64,000 nt of DNA from Octopus bimaculoides (lineage: Eukaryota), in NCBI RefSeq assembly GCF_001194135.2, contig NC_068998.1, positions 30,127,073-30,191,072 on the forward strand. Direction: 5' to 3'. Of this stretch, positions 38,640-51,518 are shown one piece after another. How positions within the stretch are numbered: the first letter of the stretch is position 1; the number at the start of each line of letters is the position of its first letter. The notes under the pieces were generated by a model. The model was given only the letters and a program-made list of their open reading frames with translations. It did not search any database and had not been told where the DNA came from. The position numbers were made by a program, and so were the translations under genes.

Positions 38640-40450
38640 TCTTATACTTTTCCTGAGCCAACTTGTACTATTTTGCAACAATGTGAGCCGTTGTTTCATC
38701 CTGCATTCCACATACTCTACATTTTTCACATTTCTCACCATACACATATTTTCTAAAGTTGTTTGTTTGCAGTACTTGATTTTGAGCAGCTCTAATAAAG
38801 TTCTCTGTCACTTTTTTTCAATTGTCCCTTTGTTAACTAAGTGCAGGATTTTGTTCCCCATACATCCTCAGTAACTTTCCAAAACTAATCATGCAAAGGT
38901 TTGTCTTCAATCTGTTTAACATGTTCTCTTTGAATTTCATTTTTATCATTTTCTTCTTTCCCAGTCTTGATCACCTGTTCTTTATTCACTGCCTTTAGTA
39001 ACTTTCCTGTACTGTTCTGCAAATAATCAAGTAAGCAGTTTCATTCCATCTGCACACACCCTTCCACACTATTTAAGCCTTTTCCACCCTGGTCTGTCTT
39101 CAAGTACAATTAACTGATATCAGATTTCAGATGGTGGGTTCCATACAGTTAACAGCTTCCCAATTTTTCTGTCAACCTGCATTTTGCTTTTTGTCTAATC
39201 CACAATTCCAGCTCCAAATCTGATAACTGACATTGCTCTTGAATTAACAGTATTAATAACATTTTTGAATTAAGCCATGACTGTAATATTTTCCTCACTC
39301 TCTTTGTAGATACCCTGTTGCAAGTTGCTTCATCTCCATGTTTTATTTCATCTGTCTCTAGTATTCCCAAATACTTATACCATTATCCTTTCCCAACTGA
39401 TTTTATTGTTTGTCCATTTGGCATTTCAATTCCCTGGTTTCCTTCAAATCTTCAACATTTCATTATCAAAATAGCACACTTTTCAAGCCAAAATGTCATT
39501 CTTACATCATTTGAGAAAATGCAAACAATGATTAATCTAACCATACTCTTTTCCCAAATAATTAGCTATTTTGACATGGCATAATATCAGACTGAGCAGT
39601 GTCACAGCTAATCACTATGGAAAACATGACATTTGATGTTCACCTTCCCAAGTTTTTGTTTTCCTGCAGTCAAGTCAGTGCTCTAATGTATGTAAATTTT
39701 TCAGTCAATACTTTCATTGACCAATTTCTCCATATTTTCTGCTACTCCAAACATGCTCGTCTTTTCACTTATCCAACTTTGAGGCATCATTTCATATGCT
39801 TTTTTATAATCCAAGCATGCTACATTCAAACCCATCAATCTGCACCTGCTATTTCTGATTACCAGTTTATCAACTAACAACTGATCTTTAGTTGCCCTAC
39901 TTTGCCTCTTGCACCCCTTCTGTTCCACTGAAAGTAAATTATTACTTTCCACACCAATTATAAGCTCCCACATAAGTGGCAAAGAGGTTATAGGTCCAAA
40001 ATTTGACACCACTTTACTTTACAAGGGTTCTTTAAGACATAATAACATTCATCTACTTGCCATCCAAACAGGAACATGTTCCTGCTGCAGGCATTTGTTA
40101 AGGTATGCCATGATCTTTTCATGCAAGTATGTAAATTCTTCAGACAAAAGCTTTGTATTCCATCCACACCTGACCCTTTTCAATTTTGTATCTTTTCCAA
40201 CTTCAATCTCACTGAGTACAGATCAATTCCGACATCCTTTTTGTTTCAGCACATTAGCTAGTTGTCTATCCATGTGTTAGCTGAACAGATTATTTCATTC
40301 AAATAGAAGATGGCTTTTAGAGGAAATAGAGAGGGAACAATATCCAGAAGTAATTCCTGATGTGGAAGAAAGTAAAGCATTTTGGGGGAGATCTTTGGAA
40401 CAGACCAGTGAGACAATGAAAGCGGAGAATGGCTAACACAGATTGAGAAG
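38640..40450 (-). mobile_element. Degenerate R4/Dong-like LINE with inverted 5' segment
   Basis: PITSLPLMWEL, EQKGCKRQSRATKDQLLVDK and LDYKKAY on -; the upstream PDVEESKAF...WLTQIEK segment is on + at about 40290-40450. Confidence 0.8.
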
Positions 40451-41317
40451 CCAAATATACCCATCATGACAACCTGTCTGATAAGGGTACACCAGGCACA
40501 TACATCACAACCATATATGTGCAACACAGTGATCTCATATCGAGATAAGCAGCACATGATCTTGCAGCTGGGGACCAGTTAGAATTTTCTTCAGGTCAAG
40601 TAGCCCATCCTGCTCAAAAGGTACCAGAATAAGGTTTGTTTAAGACTGATGAATGAAACACTCATGTTTCCAGAGGTAAATTATTTAAACCCCAAACAAT
40701 TCCTTTCAACACATGGCTATGATGCTCCCCAACTACTCCTGCTCATGATGTACATATCATCAGCCACTAAGGGACATGCTCAGCTGGTTAAGGCCAAACA
40801 AGCAAATTTGTGGTATTGAACAGAATATTTACTGTAGCCCATCCTTTATACCAAGACAAAACATGTACATGATAACACTTCCAATCAGTTAAGATCAAAA
40901 GCCATGAGAGCCACTGTGTTGTACTGCATCAGGGCATTTATTATTATTATTATTATTATTATTAAGAGTTAGTAGAATTGTCAGAGCATCAGACAAAATG
41001 CTTTGCAGCAGAGAGAAAGAAGATTTTCAGTATNNNNNNNNNNTAAAGATATATTGAGCCAGCCTCAAAATTACTGCATTTGAAAGCATTAGTTCAAGCA
41101 GTGACAATAAAACAGTGAAATAGAAAAACAACATTGGAATATTATAACTCATTGCCTTATTCTGAATGAGGGGGAGAGAGAGGAGAGAGAGAGCCAGTAA
41201 GCCTCCAACATTGACGAGAAAAGCATTTTATATAATGAATTCTGCAATCATCTTCAAAACAACTACTTTTGAAAAGAAGATAATGCTAGAACTATGTGGC
41301 CAACCAGGCAAATTTCC

Positions 41318-41349
<32 letters not shown>

Positions 41350-41578
41350 CCACCACCACCACCATCATTAAGGTGGTGAGTTAGCAGAGTCATTAGCACA
41401 CCAAGCGAAATGCTTAGCAGTATTTTGTCTCTCTTTATGTTCTGAGTTCAAATTTCCCCGGGGTTGATTTTGCCTTTCATCCTTTCAGAGTTGATAAAAT
41501 AAGTACCAGTTGAGTACTGGGGGTCAATGTAATCAACTAACCCCCTCCCCACAATTTCCAAGCCTTGTGTCTATAGTA

Positions 41579-42682
41579 CAGTGGTTCTCAACTGGGGTCC
41601 ATATGGCCTCTGGGGGTCCACATCAGATTTTTGGGTTCCACACAACAAAATACTGATTTGTGGATCCACAATACTATTTTAAGGGCCCTTCAAAACATTT
41701 GCGTTAAAAAATATGTATTGCAAAAAACAGCTAGCTTTATTTCTCTAACATGACAAATTAATGTGTGAAAATATTAATAAATGAAAAAAAAAGTCATTGG
41801 TGGGGGTGATGCATATGCTGCATGCAGATAAATGTTTTTGCAAATTAAAGTGTGGCTTACAATGCGTTGCTTACCCATACTTTTTAACTGAATTGAATTT
41901 TTATTTTTTTAAGTATCACCATTATAAGTATTTACACTCCAGTGAAATTAAGAAATCAACTTGTAAATAAACGGAACCCTCGAATCCATCAGTATACACA
42001 CACACAGAGTTGAATATCTATGTATTTATGTATGTATGTATGTATGTATGAATGTATGTATGTACCCACATGTCTACGCGCACAGGTACACCGTGACCTA
42101 TGCACACAGAGACAATGGTCGATACATATGAAAAAGAAAGTGAACAAAATAATACTTGCTTATCAGGAAATTTTAAGCTCTTTTTTTTTTTAAGTATCAG
42201 CATTATAGGTATTTATACTCTGGTGAAATTAAGAAATCAAGTCATAAATAAATGAAACTCGAATCCATCACTGTATACACACACACACAGTCGCATCTAT
42301 ACACATGCATACGAGGGTCAACTCATATGAAAAAGAAAGTGAACTAAATAATATGACCACTTGTTTATTGGGTAATTTGTAAGTTTGATTAAAAAAACGT
42401 TTTTCTTTTAAAGCTAATCAAACTATATGTTCATCATTTTGAGCCATTCAGCCAATGAATATTTCTGCCAAATGTGGTGAAAATCTGTTCAACCATTTTC
42501 CAGTAATTTTGCAAACACACAAACAAAGACAAGTGATCATAATACCTTGCTTTTGCTTACGTGGGCGCAGGGTAATAACATTCTACAAAATTAGTTTTTA
42601 AACATCAAATGGCTACAGGGATCCACCAGAATAAAATAGTAATCAAAAGGGGTCCACAGATAAAAATGGTTGAGAATCCCTG
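41579..42682. mobile_element. hAT (Charlie-like) non-autonomous element with nested insert
   Basis: TIRs CAGTGGTTCTCAAC / GTTGAGAATCCCTG and perfect 8-bp TSD CTATAGTA (41571-78, 42683-90). Confidence 0.92.
41786..42579 (+). mobile_element. Helentron/HINE-like insert with an internal tandem duplication of about 280 bp
   Basis: The block ttttttaagtatca...gaatccatca...tatacacacacacag occurs twice (about 41905 and 42185). The 3' end aataccttgc...gcagggtaata resembles the end at 58320-58350. Confidence 0.45.
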
Positions 42683-42707
42683 CTATAGTAGAAAGAATTA
42701 TTATTAT

Positions 42708-42925
42708 TAAGGTGGCAAGATGGCAGAATCATTAGCACACTGGACGAAATGCTTAGCAGTATTTTTCCCATAGCTATGTTATGAGTTCAAATCCTGCCAA
42801 GGATGGCTTCGTCTTTCATCCTTTCAGGGTCAATAAATTAAGTACCACTGAAACATTGAGGTCAATGTAATTGACTAGTCCCCTCCCACTAAACTTCAGG
42901 CCTTGTGCTTTAGTAGAAAGGATTC
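42708..42925 (+). mobile_element. tRNA-SINE
   Basis: aaggtggcaagatggcagaatc...gagttcaaatcc...gtagaaagga, same family as 20724. Confidence 0.8.
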
Positions 42926-43130
42926 TTTTATTCTTGTATTCTTTTACTTGTTTCAGTCACTTGACTGCAGCCATACTGGAGCACCGCATTTAGTCGAACA
43001 AATCTACCCAAAGACTTATTCTTCATAAGCCTAGTACTTATTCTATTGGTCTCTTTTAAGTTACAGGGACATAAAAACACCAACATTGGTTGTCAGGTGA
43101 GGTGGAGAACAAGCACAGACACACACACAA
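42926..43130 (-). mobile_element. SINE of a second family, 3' part
   Basis: On - it reads ...aataagtactaggc...gtgctccagtatggctgcagtcaagtgactgaaacaagtaaaaga with an (AAAGA)-type tail, next to (TA)n. Confidence 0.55.
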
Positions 43131-43704
43131 ATATATATATATATANNNNNNNNNNNNNNNNNNNNNNNNNNNNNNNNNNNNNNNNNNNNNNNNNNNNNNN
43201 NNNNNNNNNNNNNNNNNNNNNNNNNNNNNNNNNNNNNNNNNNNNNNNNNNNNNNNNNNNNNNNNNNNNNNNNNNNNNNNNNNNNNNNNNNNNNNNNNNNN
43301 NNNNNNNNNNNNNNNNNNNNNNNNNNNNNNNNNNNNNNNNNNNNNNNNNNNNNNNNNNNNNNNNNNNNNNNNNNNNNNNNNNNNNNNNNNNNNNNNNNNN
43401 NNNNNNNNNNNNNNNNNNNNNNNNNNNNNNNNNNNNNNNNNNNNNNNNNNNNNNNNNNNNNNNNNNNNNNNNNNNNNNNNNNNNNNNNNNNNNNNNNNNN
43501 NNNNNNNNNNNNNNNNNNNNNNNNNATAATATACATGTTAGCATATATTATAATGGATGTGGGGATGATTATGGAATGTTTATTATTTTGATATTTTTAA
43601 TAATATTTTTCTATCTTTATAAAATAAGTATTTTATATAAATTCATTTGGTACTTATTGTTGGTTGATATATACATTTATTTATTATTATTATTGTTGTA
43701 TTTA

Positions 43705-43818
43705 GACCTGACGATTAGCTGTATTTTTGAATAGAATTTATTTTCAATAATTTAAATTGATTTTAATTGATTTAAATTTCCTTTCTATCTGAAAATTAGT
43801 TATGAAACACGTGTAGTC
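43705..43818 (+). ncRNA. Putative hammerhead ribozyme with a long stem/loop II
   Basis: GAC-CTGACGA-(89 nt)-GAAA-CACGTG-TA-GTC. Both core boxes, palindromic ACACGTGT, GUA site and a 3-bp stem I are present. Confidence 0.45.
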
Positions 43819-44069
43819 ATTTTATTATCTTTATCTTATGATATTTACTTTTTATTATATTATACTCATTTATTGTGCTTTTAATTATTAATTTTTCTAT
43901 ATGTGACTGGATTTTCATCGATGAGTTCATGAACCTTGGTTCTTTTCCCTAAAACTATATATTTTTATATATATTTTACTCTGTAAAACTCAATTTAATT
44001 TTAATCTTTTATAAATTGATTTTAATTGAGTTTTTACCTGTAATTTTGGATTTTGTCCCTAATATTATA

Positions 44070-44242
44070 TATCTATATACGACAGGCTTCTTTCAGTTTC
44101 CATCTACCAAATCCATTCACAAAGGTTTGGTTGGCCTGAGGCTAAAGTAGAAGGCACTTGCCCAATGTGACGTGCAGTGGGATTGAACCTGGAACCATGT
44201 GGTTGGAAAGCAAGCTTCTTACCACACAGCCACGCCTGCACC
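44070..44242 (-). mobile_element. tRNA-SINE of a third family
   Basis: On - it reads gcaggcgtggctgtgtggtaagaagcttgc...ggttcaatccc...gaaactgaaagaagcctgtcg. Sister copy at 55700-55860. Confidence 0.8.
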
Positions 44243-44291
<49 letters not shown>

Positions 44292-44404
44292 ACAGAAATG
44301 AAGTAGATTGATAAAATTATGTTTTGAACCAGCTGAAGACACACAAGATGTTGAAATATTGTTCACTAGATAACAATAGCACTCTTCTTTGAATTTTGAC
44401 TCTA

Positions 44405-44445
<41 letters not shown>

Positions 44446-44446
<1 letters not shown>

Positions 44447-45024
44447 GAAAACTCACAGTTTATTTTGCCAGGTATGATGGAAAGTGTCAGCTGTCCACAG
44501 CCAACAGACTAAGGCAACACTTGTTTACTGGTCATGCTTCAAGAACCCTGCAAAGAATTCTTGCAGTTCCAAGCAATGCTCATTTTTGTAGGTGTTCTAC
44601 CTTTACACTTGCAGGAATCTTTTTCAGCCATGTTGGTAGTTGAGTGTTAATACTTCCACGTGCACCAATTACTATTGATGTCAATTCTACTCTCTTCACT
44701 GACCACAACCTTCGTATTTCCCACTTTAAATTGTCATAGTTGTTTCTTTTTCCTTCTTCTTTCACATTGATCCTGTTGTCACTGGGGTATGCTATGTCGA
44801 TTATCATACATGTTCTTTCTTTTTTATTCACCACAACAATGTCCAGTTTCCAATGTCTGGTCAGGTGATCACATTGGATCATTGCATCCCACAGGATTTT
44901 GCAATTCTCATTTTTGGTGACACCTTCTGAAATTTTCTCATACCACATCTTTGCTCTTTGTAGGCTGTGATTTCCACAAAGCTCCCAATGTATCATTCTT
45001 TCCACACTGTCATGGCATCTTTTG
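44446..45024 (-). mobile_element. R4/Dong-like LINE 3' end (REL domain)
   Basis: IHWELC...KILWDAMIQCD..KLDIVVVNKKERTCMIIDIAYP...EEGK...IVIGARG, flanked by (TAA)n on both sides. Confidence 0.88.
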
Positions 45025-45029
45025 TAATT

Positions 45030-47197
45030 ATTATTATTGTTATTTTATATACACACAATAGATTAGATTTTTGGAAAAAAAAACTATAACATTGGGCTAC
45101 AAGTAACCTTAAATGCCAAGAATCTTCCTAAGTATACTTGTTATCCATAATATTACTGTTTTCTGGAGCTGTACTAAGACAAGTTTTATGCCTATTTCCT
45201 CAATCAATCTGTTCAAATTGTTAGGGATAGTTCTTAATGCACCTCTAACTACAGGGATGCATTTTATCTGCACTTTCCAGAGCCTCTGTAGCTCAATGGC
45301 TATGTCCTGGTACTTTGCTATTCTACTTATACCTCTCATATTGACTTTCTCATCATTTGGAACTGCAAAGTCAATTACCTGGCACTTTCTATTCTCTTGG
45401 TCTACTTTTACTAATAAACCAGGTCTTCTATTACTCTGTCAGTCTAAATGTTAGAATCCCACAACATCTTATATTTCTTACTTTCTAACACTTTACTAGG
45501 TCCATGTCCATACCACTTATCATTATGGTCAAACCCTATCTTTCTATATTCTCCCTAGGTTGTCATGTCTTTACTTGTATTCTTTCTGTGCCCACACACT
45601 ACATTCACTAACTATATGAGTGACACTTTCCTCCTTTGATTTACATAACCTATATTGGGAATCTGCCTGATTTTTTACTATCTTCGTTTTTATCCAATTA
45701 GTCTTCAATGATTGATCTTAAGCAGCTACTAACAAACTTTTTTTACTCCCTTTCAGCCTTCCTTTCTGCAACAACCATATCTCACTATCCTCTGCTACTA
45801 TCTTTTGAAATCTACCATACAAAGCCTTCTTTTGCCAGTCAGATAAACTTGCTTCTTTTTTCTGGTTTTTAACCACATTTGGTTTTTTGATTTACCTGTC
45901 TCCTACTCTTACTCTAGCAGCTGTTAATAAAATTTCCTTGCTATTACCTACATAGAAGACTATGTTTACTCTAGCTAACTCCACACAGTCTTCTACTGAT
46001 ATCAAATCTCTACCAACTTCCTTTCTAGGTAAATACAATCTTGCTACTTTTGCTCTTGGATGAAGTCTTCCATTCATATTGAATTCCTTCCTAGTTCTTC
46101 TGTCTAGATTTGCTAATTCAGTTTTTGTCCAATCTACAAAAGCTGCTGAATATCTAAGTAGCAACACTGCCCAAGTATTTACAGCCTTTACTAGATTTGG
46201 GCTATTTAGTTTTGACTTCATTAACTTTCTCACCCTTCTGACATACTCCTCAATTTTCACTTTTATTTCTGTAGTTAGTACTCTGTCGGATTCTAATACT
46301 CCTAGATACTTATAACTTTCTCCTTCTTTCAGTGATTTTAATGTCTGACCATCTGGTAATTGAATGCCTTCACTGCTGACTACCTGTCCCTTTTTTATAA
46401 CTAATATTGTGCACTTATCTATGCCAAATGTCATAGCTATATTATTGCCAAAGAGTCTTACAATTTGTATTAAGGAATCTATCTCATTTTTTATTCTTAC
46501 TAAAAAGCTTCAGATCATCCATGGTTAATTTTTCCTTTACTATCTTTAAATTGATACCCTACCTTTGCCTTTCTTAATACAAAACTGAGGGGAATAAAAC
46601 ATAAAACAAATATTAAAGGGGATAATGAGTCTCTCTGGAAAATTCCTATCCTGATATTAACTTTCCCTAAGGCTGTATCACCTGAGTAGAGATCTACTTT
46701 CTATTTCTTCATGCTATAGTTAATTAACTCTCTTATGTTGTCTGCAATACTGAATATTCTCAAACATTCACTTATCCATGTATGTGGAATCATATTATAG
46801 GCTTTCTTATAATCTATCCATGCTTCTTTTAGGACTTATTTGTCTATGTATAATAGATTATGTGTTCCTCTAGCCATCTTCCTGCAACCTTCCTGTTCTG
46901 CTGGAAGTAAATTCTGGCTGTCAAGGTGCTCACAAATGCTTTCTGAGAGCATTCTTGTTAACAACTGCCAGACCAATGGTGAGCAAGTGATTGGTCTATA
47001 ATCACTAGCTATACTGTCCCTGCTTCTGTCTTTCATAAGGAGTATTGCTCTCCCTCTAGTCATCAATTTAGGCATGAATCCTCAATTCAGGCAATCCTGA
47101 TGTTGTTCCCTCAGTCTCCTATGTAAGCTACTAAATTTCTTTAACCATTATCCTTGAACTAAATCCAGTACTGGGCCCTTCCAATTTGGCATCCTTC
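45030..47197 (-). mobile_element. R4/Dong-like LINE, RT through REL and 3' UTR
   Basis: DYRPITCSPLVWQLLT, EQEGCRK, FGIDKC, YKYLGVLE, KAVNTWAV, GRLHPR..LYLPRKE, and REL IPVVRGAL..LQKTV. Confidence 0.9.
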
Positions 47198-47222
47198 CTA
47201 TTATTATTATTATTATTATTAT

Positions 47223-47540
47223 TTGATGAAAACTCTCAGCTTATTTTTCCAGGTATGATGGAAAGTGTCAGCTGTCCACAGCCAACAGACTAAGGTGACA
47301 CTTGTTTACTGGTCATGCTTCAAGAACCCTCCAAAGAACTCTTGCAGTTCCAAGCAATGTTGATTTTTGTAGGTGGTCTATCCTTACATTTGTACCAATC
47401 TTTTTCAGCGATGTTGGTAGGTGAGTGCTGATACTTCCAAATATGCCAATTACTATTGGTATCATGCCTACTTTCCTCATTGATCACAATCTTTGTATAT
47501 TCCACTTCAAATCATTGTAGTTGTTCAGTTTTTCTTCTTT
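47223..47540 (-). mobile_element. R4/Dong-like LINE short 3' end
   Basis: 3' UTR nearly identical to 44446-44600 (tgaaaactc...ccaggtatgatggaaagtgtcagctgtccacagcc), flanked by (TAA)n. Confidence 0.85.
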
Positions 47541-47576
47541 CTCTTTGATTACTATTATTATTGCTGTTGTTATTGT

Positions 47577-47748
<172 letters not shown>

Positions 47749-48108
47749 ATAAGAGTGATGGATTGTCAAAATCATTAGAACATCAGGTAAAATGCTTTGT
47801 GAGATTTGTTCTGGGCCTTTACATTCTAAGTAAAAATTCTGCTGTCAGCTTTGTCTTTCATCTGTCAAGCATAAATAAAATATAGTATCAATGAAGTACT
47901 GGAAACTAATTTAATCAACAAACCCACTCCCAAAGTTTTGGCTTTGTGCATATATTAGAAACAATTATCTCCTACTACTAAAATTCTGATGTCTTGTACC
48001 TCAATGAATGTAATCTCTTTATACAAAAAGTGGTAATACATTTTGGTGGTTAGAATAACTAAAATTAATAAATTTATAAGGGAAATGAAAGACATAAATA
48101 CATGTCTG

Positions 48109-48220
48109 TGACAACTTGAAGTTCCTGCAGAATACCTGACAAGAGGAAGTTCCTAAGAGATAGCTGACACCTGGAAGTTCCAACAAGATAACCAGTGACT
48201 GGAAGTTCCAATGGGATAGC
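48109..48220 (+). repeat. 4 x 28-bp degenerate minisatellite with GGAAGTTCC core
   Basis: Cores start at 48117, 48145, 48173 and 48201 (exact 28-bp period). Confidence 0.85.
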
Positions 48221-48299
48221 CCACTAAGGGCCACAGACCAAATTTGTCACTGGCACAAATTTCTAGCCATAACAGGCTCAGAAGAGTTCACACACACAC

Positions 48300-48605
48300 A
48301 CTAGCACTCCATCGGTTATGACAATGAAGGTTCCAGTTGATCCAGTCAACAGAACAGCCTGCTATTGAAATTAATGTACAAGTGGCTGAGCACTCCACAG
48401 ACACACGTACCCTTAACGTAGTTCTCAGAATGTGACAAAGCTGGCCTTCTGAATGAATAACAGGTACTATTCATTTTTACCAGCTGAGTAGACTGGAACA
48501 ATGTGAAATAAAGTGTCTTGCTCAAGGACACAATGCACCACTGATTTTCAAACTCATGACCTTATGATTGTGAGCCAAATACCCTAACCACTAAGCCACA
48601 TACCT
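48300..48605 (-). mobile_element. SINE with Deu/Nin-like central domain
   Basis: On - it has a tRNA-like head (gtggcttagtggttagggt...gagtttgaaa) and the core gtgtctgtggagtgctcagccacttgtacattaatttca...actggaacc. Confidence 0.6.
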
Positions 48606-48609
48606 TCAC

Positions 48610-51420
48610 TTGGAAGAATTCAGGTTACAGAATACCAGGTGGCTTGAAGAGAAGCTATGTGACAAGTATATTTAGCTATGGGAGAAGCAGACAGGAAGTG
48701 GTTTACCAATGTTCTGCAGCAAAAGATCAGAAGTATGAGGTATTCTGGATTGCAAGACAGTGTGTCTGAGAAAATCACAATGTTGTAGGAAATAAGTGTT
48801 TTCAGAAGGGCGATAGTACACTTGCACTTAGTAACTGAAAAGAAAGTTGCAAGAAAGTGTCACTATGAAAGGCTGCTACATGTGGAGAATACATGCAAGA
48901 AAGAGTGTCTTCTTAATGTGGACACAACAGAGAGGCCAGCTATCTGAGTGATAGATAAAGCAATTAAGGATATGAAGACAGGGAAAACCCTTGACTAATC
49001 AGGAATTACCACCGAGATGCTTAAAACATCTGGTGGAGTGAGATATGGCTTAGTTACCCATATAGTTAATCATGTTGTCTAGGAAGGGGTATACCCAAAT
49101 GGGGTAGCAGTATTATAGTCAACTGCTTCAAAGGTAAAGATGCCTGAGGTAGAAGTAATTAGAGAGTTATCAAATTGCTGGACCAGATCATGAAAGTTAT
49201 AGAAAGGGCTATAATTCTACTAATTAGGAAGAGAGTTAACCTTGATGAGATGCAGATTGGTTTTGAGCATTACTAATGCTATCTTCCTTGTAGGAGAAGC
49301 ATTTAGCCAAAATCAAACTACTGTACTTGGCCTTTGTCAACACAAAGAAAGCCTCTGACAGGGTCCCTTGCTCACTCATCTGGAGGTCACTGCAGATGCT
49401 AGGAGTGGATGAATGGCTGGTGCAAGCTGTCCAATCCATGTATAGAGGTGTGAGCAGTAAGGTGGAAGTCAGCAATAAGTACAACAGCAATGAGTACAGC
49501 AATGAATTTAGAATGCAGGTAGGAATTCATCAAGGCTCAGTTCTCAGCTCCCTCTTGTTTATCATAGTCCTTGGATACATAAGGGGTGCAGTAGAATCCC
49601 AGGAAGGCTAACAAAGTAGTCTTTGTGTGTGACACATATACATCATCATCATCGTCGTCATTGTCGTTTAAAGTCCGCTTTCCATGTTGGAATGGGTTGG
49701 ACAGTTTGACTGTGGGCTAGCAAGCCAGAAGGCTGCACCAGGCTCCAATCTAGTCTGGCAAAGTTTCTACAGCTGGATGCCTTTTTTAATGCCATCCACT
49801 CCGAGAGTGTAGTGGGTGCTTTTTACATGCCACCGGCACTACGGCCAGTCAGGTGGTACTGGTATTGACCACACTTGAATGGTGCTTTTTACGTGTCACT
49901 GGCATGGGACCAGTCAGGTGGCACTGGCATCAACCATGCTTGAATGGTGCTTTTTATGTGCCACTGGCATAGTAGCCAGTCAGGCAGCACTAGCAATGAC
50001 CATGCTCGAATGGTGTTTTTTATGTGCCACCAGCACAGGTGCCAATCAGGCAGTACTGGCATCAGCCATGACAATGACTTCATTTGACTCAACAGGTCTT
50101 TGCAAGTGCAGTTTATTGCCCAATGATTGAAGGGTACTCTTAAATGGGCCGGTTATGCTGCACTGGCATAGGCCACAGTTACGGTCTCACTTGGCTTGCC
50201 AGGTCTTCTCAAGCACAGCGTATAGGATACAGGAGCAATAAACACTAAGAGGATATGGGAAATAGATTTCCTCATATGCCCAAGAGAATCCTTAAATGTA
50301 GATAGTTTCTGTTACTTAGAAGACAAAATTAGCAGTGGAGGAAGATGCTCTGAAAGTGTAGTTGCTAGAATTAGAGTCAGCTGGGCAAAGTTCAGAAAGC
50401 TATTGCCTTTGTTGGTAACAATGGACCTCTGCCTCAAAGTGATAGGCAGATTGTATGATGCTTGTATACGAAAAGCTCTGCTGCATGGTAGCGAACTGTG
50501 AGCTGTGACTTCCAAAGACATGCAGAGACTTGAAAGAAATGAAGCCAGCATGCTCCAATGGATGTACAACAAAGTGTAAAAATATTGAGAGGAAAATTGG
50601 GGATAAAAGAAATCAGATGTACTGAGTAAGAGAGAAGACTTCAGTGGTATGACTGTGATGTGCATGAATAAAGACAGCTGCATAACGAAGTGTCGATCTC
50701 TAAATCTGAAGGGAACCTGTGGAAGAGGAAGATTTAGGATGATGTGGGACAAAGTGGTGGAAAATGATCTTCAGATGTTGAGCCTCACAGAGGAGATGAC
50801 AAAGGACTGAAATGATTAGCAATTTACTGTGCTTAAAAAAACCTGTCCTACCTGTATACACATGTATCCCTGTCAAATATTTTCCCACAACTTATCCTCC
50901 AAACATTCCTTCTCTCTACTTAAGTCCATTCACTATATTCTCTCTGTTCCATCTTCCACTTTCCTTTCGCATTCTCACAACCTTACCTACTTACCTTATG
51001 CAATCCTTGTAACTTGAGTATATCTCCAATCACATCTTCACCATCTTCTCCTCTCACCTCTCTCTCCAAGATAGTCATGTATCTTTTCTATTGTCAGACA
51101 CCTAATTCTGTCTCTCTATTCATATTCTACCCTCTCATCACCTGGTACAGAGCTACCTTCCTCAAAATAACTCTTCCTCTCAGTTGAAGGGTTTTGTCTT
51201 GCAAGTTACTTGGTGAGTTAATTGCAGCTGGTGCCATGTAAAAAGCACTCAATACACTCTGTAAAGTGGTTTGCATTAGAAAGAGTATCCAATTGTAGAA
51301 ACCATGCCAAAGCAGATAGTAAAGCTTGATGTAGTCTTCTGACTTTCCAGCTCCTGTCAAACTATCCAACCTATGCTAACATGGAAGGAGTGTTAGTAAT
51401 GAGGATGATGAAGATGATGA
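48610..51420 (+). mobile_element. Degenerate RTE LINE interrupted by an opposite-strand RTE 3' end at about 49630-50195
   Basis: RT motifs LAFVNTKKASDRVP and GIHQGSVLSSLLF up to 49570; resumes at 50200 (IRVSWAKFRKL, GTCGRGR); conserved 3' terminus at 51230-51420. Confidence 0.8.
49630..50195 (-). mobile_element. RTE 3' UTR copy with four tandem units
   Basis: (CAT)n tail at about 49640 and the ctacagctggatgcc terminal block. Confidence 0.85.
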
Positions 51421-51518
51421 ATATACATACTACAAAAAGAGAATTACAACATATACAACACTGGTCTGTAAAAGATCATGTCATTTTGTAAATGAAAATT
51501 AAAAAAAGGAAACCTTAC

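Larger units (their letters stand above)
41370..42712 (+). mobile_element. tRNA-SINE split by a hAT MITE
   Basis: SINE head at 41370. Its tail ccttgtgt-ctatagta-gaaagaattatt is separated by the insertion at 41579-42682. Confidence 0.8.
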
